Part shown: positions 1-14,193 of the stretch, in pieces
Layout: each line of letters starts with the position of its first letter
How positions within the stretch are numbered: the first letter of the stretch is position 1
Made by a program: the position numbers and the translations under genes
The notes under the pieces: generated by a model
Database searches by the model: none
Told to the model about the DNA's origin: nothing
The model's input: only the letters and a program-made list of their open reading frames with translations
Assembly: GCA_910592345.1 (NCBI GenBank)
Contig: CAJVPI010000032.1
Span: forward strand, 1-64,000
DNA: 64,000 nt
Reading direction: 5' to 3'
DNA from: Paraglomus brasilianum
Taxonomy: Eukaryota

Positions 1-335
1 TTATGTATTTGATTGCTACTGGTGAACCACCTTTTAGGGATAGGCAGTTCGATAGAGATTTAGCATGCGATATTATGAGCGGACTACGACCGTCGATGCC
101 CGATTCTGCACCAGAGGAATACAAGAAACTTGCCGAGCGGTGTTGGGATGCTGATCCTGATAAGCGTCCAAATTTATCGAGCCTAGTGCATGATATCGAC
201 CAGCTTCTTGAAGAGGTGAAAAAAGACAATTCTGATGACAACATATGGAATGCCGTTTATCATAATGATATAATACCCTTATCATGTCTCGAAAAGGAAA
301 GTAAATATTCCAGTAAGCTCTTACCTACAGGATGA
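1..335 (+). CDS. C-terminal fragment of a tyrosine-kinase-like (TKL) protein kinase, 5' end outside the window; possibly a pseudogene
   Basis: Kinase subdomains IX-XI: ATGEPPF...IMSGLRP...YKKLAERCWDADPDKRP. TGA at 333-335 is followed in frame by LPKPRNS, which looks like continued coding sequence. Confidence 0.8.
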   Translation, partial: MYLIATGEPPFRDRQFDRDLACDIMSGLRPSMPDSAPEEYKKLAERCWDADPDKRPNLSSLVHDIDQLLEEVKKDNSDDNIWNAVYHNDIIPLSCLEKESKYSSKLLPTG

Positions 336-1587
336 TTACCTAAACCAAGAAATAGCTATGGTTTGGAGTCAGCCGCAGGCATGCAGTTATATGTTGATAC
401 AAATGAAGTCAATTTACAATGTTAACATTGTCCATTTCTTATAATTTAGAGACTCAACCTCTTTTTTAAATAAACTTGTAATTCACGGATTGTTTATACG
501 AGTTTTATTCATTTAACGAAGACACAATTTTGCTTTGCTATTTAAAAGTTCGTTTATATCCAATTTCGAAATTGTAATTGTCGTAAAGTCTGGCATACAC
601 CTCTCTCCACATCAAATGCCAAAGGTGAATTTTATTAAAGAAGACCATAAATTTCCAGAATGCAATTTAATTATAAATAGGTTTCGTTCTTCCCTGGCCA
701 TTGTATTAACGTTTATAGCATTCACTTTAATGTTTCTAAATGCGTGTATTTTGTTCTCTGGGCGCAATGTAGATTATCTTTTTCCTGTAACTTGGAAAAC
801 AATGTACTCGAAAAAAATGAAGGCCGATCAAAAACAATTACAGTGCGCGAAAAAAGTTTTTGGAATGAAATGCATAGACTTTATTTCCTTCCAAAATACG
901 CGTCTAATCAAGTCAACTAATACTAATACGTTTTGTGCGTTCTATTCTTATGCACGTAACAACGACAAAAAACTCAGTCACATAAAATACAACGACAAGG
1001 TTTTGATTGACCGATGTCGCAAGATCATAACAACTCTATGCAAAATGGTGCCTACACTTTATATAAATTAACTTTTATTTTGCCTTCTAAGTATATGATA
1101 TTAAGAAGCTTAAAATAAAAGTCTTGGGAAGAGATTGGAAAACGCACTTATGTGTTATGTTAATTTGATTCAAAGTCAAGATTGAACAAAATAATGGACG
1201 GGAATGTGTGTTGTACGATGAAGAGCATATTTGTAAATTTTCATTCCAAAAACTTTTTTCGCGCACTGTAGATGTTAATGTTAGATTAGTTACTAAATAC
1301 AATCAAAATCCTATAGCTTATGCAATGACGAAACAGATGGGTTTACCCCACTGAATATAGCGCAGAATTAGGGATTTATCTTAATACATTCGCTCTATTT
1401 TAGCGCGTATAACAATCGGCCGGAATAAGGCGTATTTACTGGAAAACAGCTCAAAATACACATCCTTCTCCTTTAATCAACCGTAACCGTAACATCTATG
1501 GCCCGAGGGAATTACCAAGCTCTCATGAAGCTTTATAAATCAAAAGTTCAAAAGTCCAAATTCATCCTTCAATTCACGTATACGCTG

Positions 1588-2049
1588 TCACCAAATTCTG
1601 CACAACACCTCTCCGCCTTGATTACAGGCTATTGCCTCATGGACACTTATGACTCCAAGCGTAGTGCTAATAATAGCGACCTCTCCAATCTTCAAGCCAC
1701 CCACAAAATCCACTCGCTGTCCAGCTAAAAACCTTTGCAATTCCTCCACATTCATATAAACGCGTCTCGATCCCTTACTAACACAGCTCATTCTCCTCAA
1801 GACCGACTCATTCTGCCTGTATTTCAATTCAAGCCATAACCGACGCATAGCTATATTCTCCGGTGTGTTTGGCACAAACTCTTTATCCGGTCCCCGGTGA
1901 TCGCCCCGAGTGACCGAGGATATAAAACCTTCACGGTAAAGAGCGTTGCATATGGCAAGGTTCATTTTTTTATCGGGTACAGATATCGATCTTAATTGTG
2001 CTCGGAATCCGTTCTGAATTCGTGCGCAGAGGTCATGAACTGCCGGCAT
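1588..2049 (-). CDS. MRPS8: Mitochondrial ribosomal protein S8 (uS8m), single exon, 153 aa
   Basis: HDLCARIQNG, LYREGFISSV, RRLWLELKY, SKGSRRVY, GGEVLCRIW are uS8 family motifs. First ATG is at 2049. Confidence 0.93.
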   Translation of the reverse strand: MPAVHDLCARIQNGFRAQLRSISVPDKKMNLAICNALYREGFISSVTRGDHRGPDKEFVPNTPENIAMRRLWLELKYRQNESVLRRMSCVSKGSRRVYMNVEELQRFLAGQRVDFVGGLKIGEVAIISTTLGVISVHEAIACNQGGEVLCRIW

Positions 2050-2995
2050 TTGTTGAAGGAGTGTGATTTCTCTTGTGGCGGAATACAGCAAGCAATAATA
2101 AATAGGAAAGAATGCTATGGCAGCGAAGACAAAATGTTTTAACGTTAAGATTGAAAAATCTAGGTGTCACTAATGTGGACGTGCCCAGAATTTTATTGGT
2201 TGGCATCGTTAAAGGATTTGATTGGATGATAATGCAACACGTTTTAGTATAGTAATAGTTCTAATATTACAAAAAGTCTTTGTTTTTGTTCCGGGGAACT
2301 GTTGGCATTAAGATCATAATGATTTGTTTATTTGAAATAACATTCGCAGTTGGGGGAGAGAAATTTAAGAACATGCTGTATGTAGCATATATTCGGCATC
2401 ACTCAAATTAATGTATTAAAACGGATACCCTGATTCCTCGGTCAGTTTAATTTTTTCATTTGATCAATCACGGTGATGAAAAATTATTAACAGGACGGTT
2501 TTAAACGCTCGGGGAGGGTGACTACACGGTATTGATTAAACCATGATTCTGATAAATTTCCGTTCACTTAAATCTTTCTCGTATCTGCTCACAGAGCGTC
2601 CAATTGCCCGTGAAGTAATAAAGGGAAGTAAAGAATGCACCAGTATTAGACTCTCCGGAACTCTGTGTTCACTTTCCCACATTAATACTTAAGACTATGC
2701 ACCGGAATTATCAAAATGTGTTATTACAAAAGTGTACGATGTGTATGAGATTTCCAACAAAAACATGCAGAAAACCGAAAGGAAGATGAAAAGAATGGGA
2801 TCATGTGATAAGGCATATGAATGCTAGACTATTTGTGAGTGCTTGCAATAATACAAAAGACTCTATAAATGAATGTATAAAACCGATGAATGAGCTGATT
2901 TACTCTACTCTTACATTGGAATCCAAACCAATACAAAGTCACCCCCCCCCCCCAACTCTTCAAAACAAATAACGAAATTTACAAACCGACCAAGT

Positions 2996-3656
2996 TCAAA
3001 CACATATTCCTGGAACGTACTGATATTCAACCAAACTAACGTTCTTATCCATGTTTACACTTTCTGGTCCCTCATCCACTGGTATTATTGCTCCGTTTGC
3101 ATTATTATCTACAATTAATCGCATAAAGCCACGATACATCTCTATACGGGCATTCTCGAGAAGAACGGTTGTTTGAGGGACTAGAAGTGAGATTTGTTCT
3201 TATGAAGGGGTATGATTTACAATGTTAATGGGATATTTGAATCACTGGGTTAAGAAAACGAGCAGGATAAACAAGTGGCAGTCATACCATCAATTGCTTT
3301 TAATATCACGCATCCAGTCGCATCGCCAACCAGAAATTCTGCTACTTTTACTTTTACCCATGCTAGTGACCAAAGAGATAGAAAAGCATGTGTATTAGTG
3401 TATGGTATGGTGAACATACGCCGTTCTCTTTTTGGCGACGTCAAAACCAAACCTACATGCGTTGTCGCTAACTTCACCAAGCATTATCGGCGTAATCACT
3501 TTCACACATAGATTCAATTGACATTGATCTGGTTGAAGTGTCGATACAGGACTAGCTGCCGGATCGCATGGTGAATACTAAGAGTAAGCCAGTATGTATT
3601 AACGAACACCGTCAAATTGGAAAAAGATTCACTCACATACTCTCTTTCTGTGACAT
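2996..3656 (-). CDS. Small single OB-fold nucleic-acid-binding protein (SSB-like / plant At4g28440-like), 4 exons
   Basis: Spliced translation MSQKE..PVSTLQPDQCQLNLCVKV...VKVAEFLVGDATGCVILKAIDEQISLL...LENARIEMYRGFMRLIVD...VNMDKNVSLVEYQ. The GDxTG and 'MxRGFMRL' pattern is typical of this OB family. GT-AG introns, the last ending in AAG. Confidence 0.8.
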
Positions 3657-4950
3657 TTTGTAGAAGAATGGGATGGTAGAAATTAGAAAGACAATTAAGG
3701 TCAAATGATATGTCACGCAGTGTGCAAATCATGCAGATCATCAAGCGGTTGACTTAAGAAGTAGTTTGTTAACAAGTGTCTACTAATTATATATAAACAC
3801 AGTATCATAATACGAAGTTATCCGCTCTTTTGCTTCAATAATTCAGCACTCGGACAATCAAAGTTATAAATTGCGAGGCATACTAACGTTTGTTTTGCTA
3901 ATACGTATTTTTATGTTGGTTTTGCTGTCATATTAAAGAGAATGACATTAAGAAATAAAATATGCAGTTTTCAATTAATTTGACTTTCTTACGACTTGAT
4001 CAATATACCACAGCCAGTACATGGAATTGAGCGGGATACAGATTCACCACATCCCACAAGGTAATGGAGGAGCTTTCTCGCATAACTGTGTCGTCTACAA
4101 TATATTTGAACAGACTTTTTGTCCATCATTTACAACTACCTAATTGCTCATACCGCTACTAGTGTATTGCATCTTCGCACTCGCTCTTTTCCTAAATTTC
4201 CTCCCTCACCTCCTGATAATAAACTACCGTCAACACGCTAAGCTTGATTATCGTTAATAATACGTTCAAACTTCTATCAGAGAAGTGGTGTACCTTTGAT
4301 CGGTGTGTGATATGAAGGCTGCACTAAACACTGATATCATCAGTCGTGTTGGGGATCAAAATTTAGCTCTAGAAGCGGTCTTGTTTACTACCCGCATCGA
4401 TTAAGGCATAGCTCTTGTGTGTTGTATTAAACTAATAAAAGTGAGAGTGTGGAGGGAGAGGAGGAAAATAAGAACCACTTAGTCTCCTGTCGAATTAAGT
4501 TCTTTATGTTAATGAATCCTACGGTATTTATTTAATATACGGTTCAGGCTACATCATCGCAGGCTACGCGTTATTATTATATCGCAGTTGAATTTCCGAC
4601 CAATCAGGAAACTTTAATCGTTTGCCTGCTTTATTTGGAAATGAGTATGAAAGAAACCGTGACCAAATTTACTGCACAATGGTCTTTGATACAAACGATG
4701 TAATAGTAATGAATGCCACTAACGAAAATCAAACCATTTATGACTCCCTTTAGAATCATTAATATTTCTGCCTAAAAATGGAAGGGTACAAATGAAAGGA
4801 CCCTGTATTTTCTGTTATCAAAGCACACAATGCTTTAATCGGAACCGATTACCAAAAAAATTTTAAGTTGTCAGACCCGATAATAATAAAATCTTAATCA
4901 CTGATTTTATCATTTATCAGTTTAATGAGAAATTCTCTGAAGATATTCCA

Positions 4951-6806
<1,856 letters not shown>

Positions 6807-7721
6807 AGTTGGTAAAAAAAAAATAGTGGAAAGCGTGCAAATTGTCGCGTATCTGATTCGTGCGCAATATGACGATTCACTTTAATAGCTGCATCAATAA
6901 ATGCGATGTTAATGCATATTTATTATTTGGGCAAAGAGTGCATCTTTGTATGAGCACAAATAAAAAACTGGAAAAGCGAGGTTAAAAAATTGTATGTCAT
7001 TTAATCTTGCTGTGGAGTGTATGCAGAATTGTTTAAAATTCACTTGTCTACATCTCCCATACGTTCAGATCTTAGAAAGAGGACGTATTTTAAGTCAAAA
7101 AATTTGCTTTTTTTTCCGGCAACGCATGTCCACATTAGTGTAATCAGCACACCGTGGTGTTGAACAGAGAAAAACTACTGTCTAGAGAAAACGAAAACCT
7201 TAACCTCTCTTGTAAGTTGTGGCCAGGATGGCGCCCTCTCATCTGTCGCGACGAATTCATTAAAAGCAATCCTCTCTCTCAGGAGTAATTATAGAGTATT
7301 TGTTACAGCTTATACAAAAGATTGCCAATCATCAACTTGTCAATAAAAAAGCAAGCATATATGGATAAAACGCCAAAATATATTCATCTAGCAATACGAA
7401 TAATTTGATTTCCATTGCTTCAGCAATTTTACAATGGAAAAAGAATGACCTTCATGTCACGCTTCCACAACTTACTCACTTATCCGTTGCTTTATTGCAA
7501 CCTTCTAATGCGAGTAGACGATTCTCCACTTCACTTTGCTAAACGAGGTTAATTGAAACGTGATTATTAGAAAAAATCGGATCGCCTTGTAATGCGCGAG
7601 TCTGTTTGGAATGCCTATATAGTTTCTTGTAATAGTTGTATAGTCGCAATTTCCTGCTTCCTCTTCGCGAGGAAACTACTTGGGTTCTACAAGCTAGAAG
7701 AGGACAGAATAATTCAGTCCC

Positions 7722-8261
7722 ATGGGCTGTGTCACAGCATTGATAATACAAACACCGTCATATCACATGACGACGACTAATAAAACGCTTGCAGTAAATA
7801 AACGACGCGATTTTTTACGCATTTATGTTGTTGTTTATTTACAAAGAAAGTACCCTGTTGTGGGAGCACCGATGGAGAGCGCTCACAAAGGTCCTTTAGG
7901 TCTTGAGGCAGTAGGAAGCAATGATGAAAAGACAAACAATGAACCGCATGATAGGAAAGTGAATGAGAAGAGAAAGGATGAAGATGCAAGGATAAGATCG
8001 AATAGCTTGTATCCTAAGCTCTCGCAATCGACAACGATGGGAACACTTGAAAAAGTCCATGAATGGCTGTCTAAACTTGAAACAACCGCATTAGACTTTG
8101 CATCAGACGCACTTCTCAAGGACGCTAGCATGAATTCTAGCTCCCAAAGACTCAAGCGACTGTCGCGGCAGTCAGGCAACGAGGAATATCGTCGATTTCA
8201 GAGGGTAATTCAAGATCAAAAATGGAGGGCCAAGCGACGCCGTGGTGACTTGAAACGCTGA
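7722..8261 (+). CDS. Hypothetical charged protein or last exon; true start uncertain
   Basis: 179-codon ORF whose 3' two-thirds has protein-like composition (TLEKVHEWLSKLE, basic C-terminus). No recognisable domain. Confidence 0.35.
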   Translation: MGCVTALIIQTPSYHMTTTNKTLAVNKRRDFLRIYVVVYLQRKYPVVGAPMESAHKGPLGLEAVGSNDEKTNNEPHDRKVNEKRKDEDARIRSNSLYPKLSQSTTMGTLEKVHEWLSKLETTALDFASDALLKDASMNSSSQRLKRLSRQSGNEEYRRFQRVIQDQKWRAKRRRGDLKR

Positions 8262-9481
8262 TTGATCTCTTGTATACAAGAGACATGTCTGAGGACACTG
8301 GATCGCAATTGTAAGAGGAAACCCCCACAAATTCACGTGAATTAAATTAATTAATCTATCTATATCATTTAATAACGGTTTTGTAGTTCGTTTTCCTTTA
8401 GGGCGGATCTGCGTCCTGCATGCTAGAGATGACAACCATTCCAGTAACCAGACGGCATCCTCATTTATTCTCGTTCAGAAAAGATGGAGAGATAAGAGTC
8501 GGAGGAAATGGAACCGTGTGAATGATGCAGAGGGGCGTTGATACAACTTATTTGTGTGTGGGCTGTGTGTAAGAGCATGAATGATGCTTTTTAGAAAGTT
8601 GATGGCGTGTAAATAGGCGTAGGTTATTTTAATCTTGTAAAGTACATTTTATTTAATCATGTGTTCCTGAGACAGTTTTCCATATTTTCGAGAACTTTAA
8701 TCCGGCATTTTTCTTATTAGTAAGTATCCTTATAGTAAGCAGCCTTCAAAGCCACTCAAAGTGACACAGCAGCAGAAGACAATTCGTATGCTCATTGTCA
8801 AGGCTGTATTAACTATGCACGTGTTGTTAAAACACTGCCCAATGAATAGTTCAAGTCAAGTTTAAGGAAAGTTATACGACCAAAAAATTGCTAAATATCG
8901 ATATTATATGCATGTACCTAGACGGTGTTACAATACTAGCCTGAATTTAGGTCATGGCAATGATAATAGTGTTGGGTTCCTGTCATTTTCAACACCTTTC
9001 CTTTTTACCTGAGCACTAACCGAATTGGTCTTACCCCAATATACCGCTCGCATTGTTACAATCTACCCCCTTGATTTTGTTTCCCCAATTGAGATGATTA
9101 TCAATTGTCACGTGGTTTAAATATATAAACGTGCGCAGTATTCAGTTTTTTATTGATGATGATCAGGAAAAAATGATTGGATGAAATTTTTATTTTTTTT
9201 TGCGCAGAATTTTCAATGCCCGCTTAGTTTCACAATTAGAAATCATACTCGTTATAATTTGTATAGCCTATAAATAAGCCATTGTGTTTCACCGAACAAA
9301 CGTAACTCTCGGTTACTTAGATTATCGTATATATACCCATAAATACGCAAATATGATTACACCAAATACAGATAAAAGCACGTTTGATACAAATAGATAC
9401 GACAGAAGGTTCTCTGAAGAGTAAAAAGATTGTCTCCTTACCTTGTAGAAAATAACTGTCAGAGGTATTTTTTAGCAGAAT

Positions 9482-11871
9482 ATGACACCACCAAAGATGT
9501 ATCCCAGAACAATATCACCGCAAGTGCCTGCGGATAATGTTCCAAATCAAAAGTGTAAGTACGTGGAAAGAGGGTGGGAGACTACTGCTGTAGATTTGCA
9601 GACATGGGGAAAAGCGACGTTCGTTATTCGTTCAGCTCACTTATTTCTTCTTGTCTCGTAGACGTAATAGGCGTATGTGCTATGAAAAGCAAGGCGACTT
9701 CAAAGCCTATGAAGAGCATACTAAATAGACTAGTTGCATATAATGAAATAGATGTCATAACATTCGATGAAGAACTCATACTGACAAAAGGTATGTACTA
9801 TATACATGGTCTCGCTCATTACAATAGTAATGGTTCTATGCGAAGAAAGACGCTACTTGTAAGAACTTTTATTTTGTGGCCTCTTCCATTCTACCCTTCG
9901 TTCGTACTTTCCTATTTCCGTTTCTTCTCACGCGCATACCCGACAAACAGATGTCCATTCATGGCCTCACTGTCACACCTTGATATCTTTCTTCAGCTCC
10001 GGCTTTCCGTTGGAGAAGGCTGAATCATATGCAAGACTAAAGAAGCCTTTTTGTATCAATGACCTCACTATGCAGCGTCTACTTTGGGATCGAAGACTTG
10101 TTCTTGCACTTCTCGACGCAGTAGGAGTCCCGACTCCCCCAAGAATAATAATCAATAGAGATCGGTGTAAAGTAGATCCGAGCGTTATCGACCAGATCAA
10201 AATCGCAACAGGCGTCGAAATTAATTTGGATGGTTTTTGCGAGATTGAGAATACCCATGTCGAGATGGTTGACGAAGACACTGTAAAGATTGGAGGACAG
10301 ATTTTGAAAAAGCCATTTGTCGAGAAGCCAGTCGATGCGGATGATCACAATGTGTACATATATTATTCAAAAGAGATGGGAGGTGGTGGTAGAAGATTAT
10401 TTAGAAAGGTAAGCTATCGGGTAAACATGGAGCGAATCGCAATACTAATTTTACCAAAACGCATATATAATTTAGACTTTGTTATGGAAAAGGATGCTTG
10501 TATATTGAATCAAGCTTGCTTGTACCGTTCCACATACACTTCTTTATTAGCAGTCTACGCCTCATAGTTATTAATACATTTATTATCAAATTTCATATAT
10601 TCCAACCTTAATTCCAGGTAAACAACAAATCGAGCGATTTCGATCAGGCCCTGACCACTCCGCGTACATCCGGTTCATACATATACGAGGCATATCTTCC
10701 ACCCGATAATTCTTCGGATGTGAAAGTATATACCATTGGCCCTGGATATACTCATGCAGAAGCTCGCAAATCGCCTACTGTTGATGGGCGGGTAGATCGT
10801 TGTAAAGACGGTAAAGAAGTCAGACGTGTCACAGAATTGACGGAAGAGGAGAAAGAAATCTCTGGAAGGATTGTTAAAATCTTTGCACAATGGATTTGTG
10901 GATTTGACTTGTTGAGAGTAAAGGAGAAAAGTTACGTCATTGATGTAAATGGATGGTCGTTTGTCAAAGGATCTGAAAAATATTATGAAGACTGTGCTAG
11001 GTTGATACGAAAGTTGGTCTTGGAAAGAGGGATGAAGGAACAAATGCAAAACCGTGACGATAGGCGTACCGCAGATGCAGCAGACGAGGCTGACGCCATA
11101 ACCCAAAATGGTACTGTCAAAGACTCGGATAAATTGATCGAAGAAGACGCGTCGTCAGCCGAACGTTCCAATTTGTCATTTGCCTCTTTTCTCCCGGACA
11201 CCATCCTGCCTATTTCCAATTTAGTCCATATCGTCACTACCCAAGCGGTTTCCCTTCTTCTCCAAACGAACCAGTCTTTGTCTATTCTATTTAACTTGGC
11301 GGTCCAGGCCGTAAAACGATGGTATGACGATATGAGAAAATTTTTCCATCCCGATGCAGTTATTTCGAAATGGGCGACCACTGCTCATTCAGCGGCTATG
11401 CAGTATGGTGAAACAACAGAGATTACGCCGTTTGAAAATTCTGTCAATCATGGTGAGCATGACAGTGACAGTAATACTTGTCATAAGATGGAGAATGTTG
11501 GGTCGGTTGAAAATGCCGAGATGGATGTGAATGCGCGAACAGCTAGCTCCTTGGAAGAGCGTTTTGACATTGCATTCAGGGACCAGAACGACGCGTCATG
11601 GGACGAAGAAGAAGAAGGATCACATGAACAAGAAAGCATTGCTGATAATAGTGATGACGATGATAGAAGCATTGATAGCAGGGATAGTGCGGACCATGAT
11701 AATAGTAGAGCAGCAGATTCAAATGATGAGTACTGTGATCGTTCCCACTTTGAAATGTATGAATCACAAATTTCAGAGATATCTCAAAAGTCGCCTCACA
11801 TCACTTACTCTGACTATCATTACGACAATTGTCCAATAATCAACAAGCCATGGGAAAAGGGTGCTTTGTAG
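9482..11871 (+). CDS. VIP1: VIP1/PPIP5K-family inositol pyrophosphate kinase: kinase domain plus acidic tail, no phosphatase domain; 4 exons
   Basis: Spliced exons give YVIGVCAMKSKATSKPM, WPHCHTLISFFSSGFPLEKA, LWDRRLVL, KPFVEKPVDADDHNVYIYY, GGGRRLFRK, DVKVYT, HAEARKSP, CGFDLLR and DVNGWSFVK. The gene symbol denotes the family; this is likely a paralogue. Confidence 0.88.
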
Positions 11872-14193
11872 GTTTACTAAAATAAGTCTCTTTAATAAGT
11901 TTCTATTTGGAGTCGATTCGGATACGTCCGCTTTGGAAAGAATTCTCACGGTTTATATGTGATTCTTTGTAGTTTGGTTAATTAGGATCAAGTCGATTGA
12001 GGGATGAATTGGTAAAGTAAAGCAAAAGACTATACTGAATAGAGATATATGTTTATGCGCGCATGATCTTTATTCGGTGATGTTTGCTTTTTGTTCCTTT
12101 GATTCGAGACTATATACACCAAAAAATTCTTATAGAAAAACAATCGGATTACCGTAATTTTGCTTTTTCCATGAAATGTACATAAACATTGTAGAACGTA
12201 GATAATCAAACACTCGACAAAAAAAATGTAACATACATTCCCAAAATAAAAGCGGTTCGGTTTTGCATGTCTAAATTCGTGTTGATTGGTATATTCAAGA
12301 AAAGGTTTTAAATTCTCGGATATCATTTGACAATAAATTCGCCTGAGAGTCTCACATGCTGACGATGAGTTTCACGTTTGTTTGTTTGTTAAATTTTAAA
12401 CTGCTAGTCCCGAATAGATTAGCGCCCAGGTTTTTAGTACTTTTACTGTTGCTTTCCGTTTATCCTCGGGCCTATTTTTGGTCAGAGACCTTCTATACGG
12501 GGAGGGGATCGGGGATCAGTCAGGGGCTTTTAGATGCAAAGTTTGAGAATCTAACAATGCACTCTCTATTTGAGCGGTGATTAACGGTTATATGACACGA
12601 AAGTTTCTTCAACCTTTCAATGTTCTCTGGAAGATAAACAACCCCTTATTATTATCAACGCCGGACCAATGGAATGTATCGATAAGAAAAAGACTAGATT
12701 ATTTATGAGCATAGTAATAGGGAAGGGTTTTACGATTTGCCGGGATTTTCAACAAACGCATTGCAGATACTTTTACAGATTGTTCTATCTACTGTATATT
12801 AATATACTGGCGCAAACAAACACGTCTGGTGACATATTTTTATCGACGATAATTTTATTACATTATATTATAATTACACAGTTACCGTTGATCAGCTCTG
12901 CTCGTTATACAATTCATGCAAACTGATAACGCTTGTAAAATATTTGTTATAACCTTATGAGTAATACATAGATAGCACAATTAAAGCTAACGTGGTAAAT
13001 TTATGCTGTACGTTACGGTGATTGATGATACCGTATTAGTCATTTGTAACCTTACTCTTGCTTAATCTTAGCCAAATAGACAACCAACTGCACATATCTT
13101 TGTTTAACTGGCCTTGTTGGTCTATGATGGCAAACAATCATTGTTACAATGAGAATCGGGAATGCCGTGGGCCTTTAATATTAATACTATTACTATACTC
13201 AATCGCGAGCAAGGCAGAACAACACAGACTTTGACTTTTTGCTAGACTAGATGAAAAATACAGCTTCGTATTACATGTCTTGGCAGTTTTTGTAAAAAGC
13301 CTGTTATACGTATTATGCATGTCTCGCCCATTGTATTGTGATATGCATCATGCGTAAAAGCCTTATTACTATTTTTAATGTTAAAACCCCGCCAATAAAG
13401 GCATGATGGAGGTCACACGAACTAGGTGACAAATTGGATTTTCCACATACAGCACTACTTAGTATTCGATGTTTTTGAAAAAAGATTAGATAAGCTTAGT
13501 CACAGAAAGACTTTGACCGAAGAGTTTCAGTGCGTTGTTGCAAATTACATGCTCAAACTCAAATCGGCGATCACTATTCCCGTTATATCGCTAGATTATG
13601 TTTCCTCCCACGTTTCAGAAACCCTGTAAAGTTTTAAACACAAGTTAATGTAAAAGAATTTAAGCTCTTTCTTGATTCGAGTATCCTGTATAATTCAAAG
13701 GAGGTTTACAATTATGCTATTTATTAATATGTCTTGTTTCGCTATTTTTTAAGTCAGGTCACCCATACTAATACCATTTTTGGGTAATAATCTATAACCG
13801 AGATGCGTTATCACCTTAATATTAATCGAGTATTGTGATCTGTGTAACGATGAACTTGGGATTAGCCCCAAACAAAGTCTATAACGAAAGAACAATAGGA
13901 ACAAAAATGACAAAGAAAACGAATTTCTTATTATCAGAGCTCGGGCAGAGGAAACAAGGAGTTTTGAATTACATCATGCATGGCCACTGCCCAACCGTCA
14001 ATGATAAATAGCACGCGAGAGAATCCACTGTCGACTTTGAACGGAAAACCCCAGATATTCTTTCTTTTTCTCTTCCTTTCCTCTTTCACACGTGCATATA
14101 TCCATCATTATCCCTCGACTAATATAATAATAACCGACTCATCGACTAATATAACCGCCCTCCTCTATCAATTCATACGTTTTTATACACAAC

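Noticed and set aside
535..1071. 178-aa ORF
   Set aside because: TTG start, AT-rich low-information translation and no domain; likely a chance ORF.
4350..4410. Minus-strand ATGCCTTAA resembling the U12 snRNA 5' end, with an Sm-like AAATTTTG
   Set aside because: Lacks the TAAGGA branch-pairing sequence and the spacing is wrong. An Infernal search would be needed.
10675..11839. Overlapping antisense and alternate-frame ORFs in VIP1 (similar ones occur in POLG-like, DGA1 and others)
   Set aside because: Shadow ORFs of real coding sequence.
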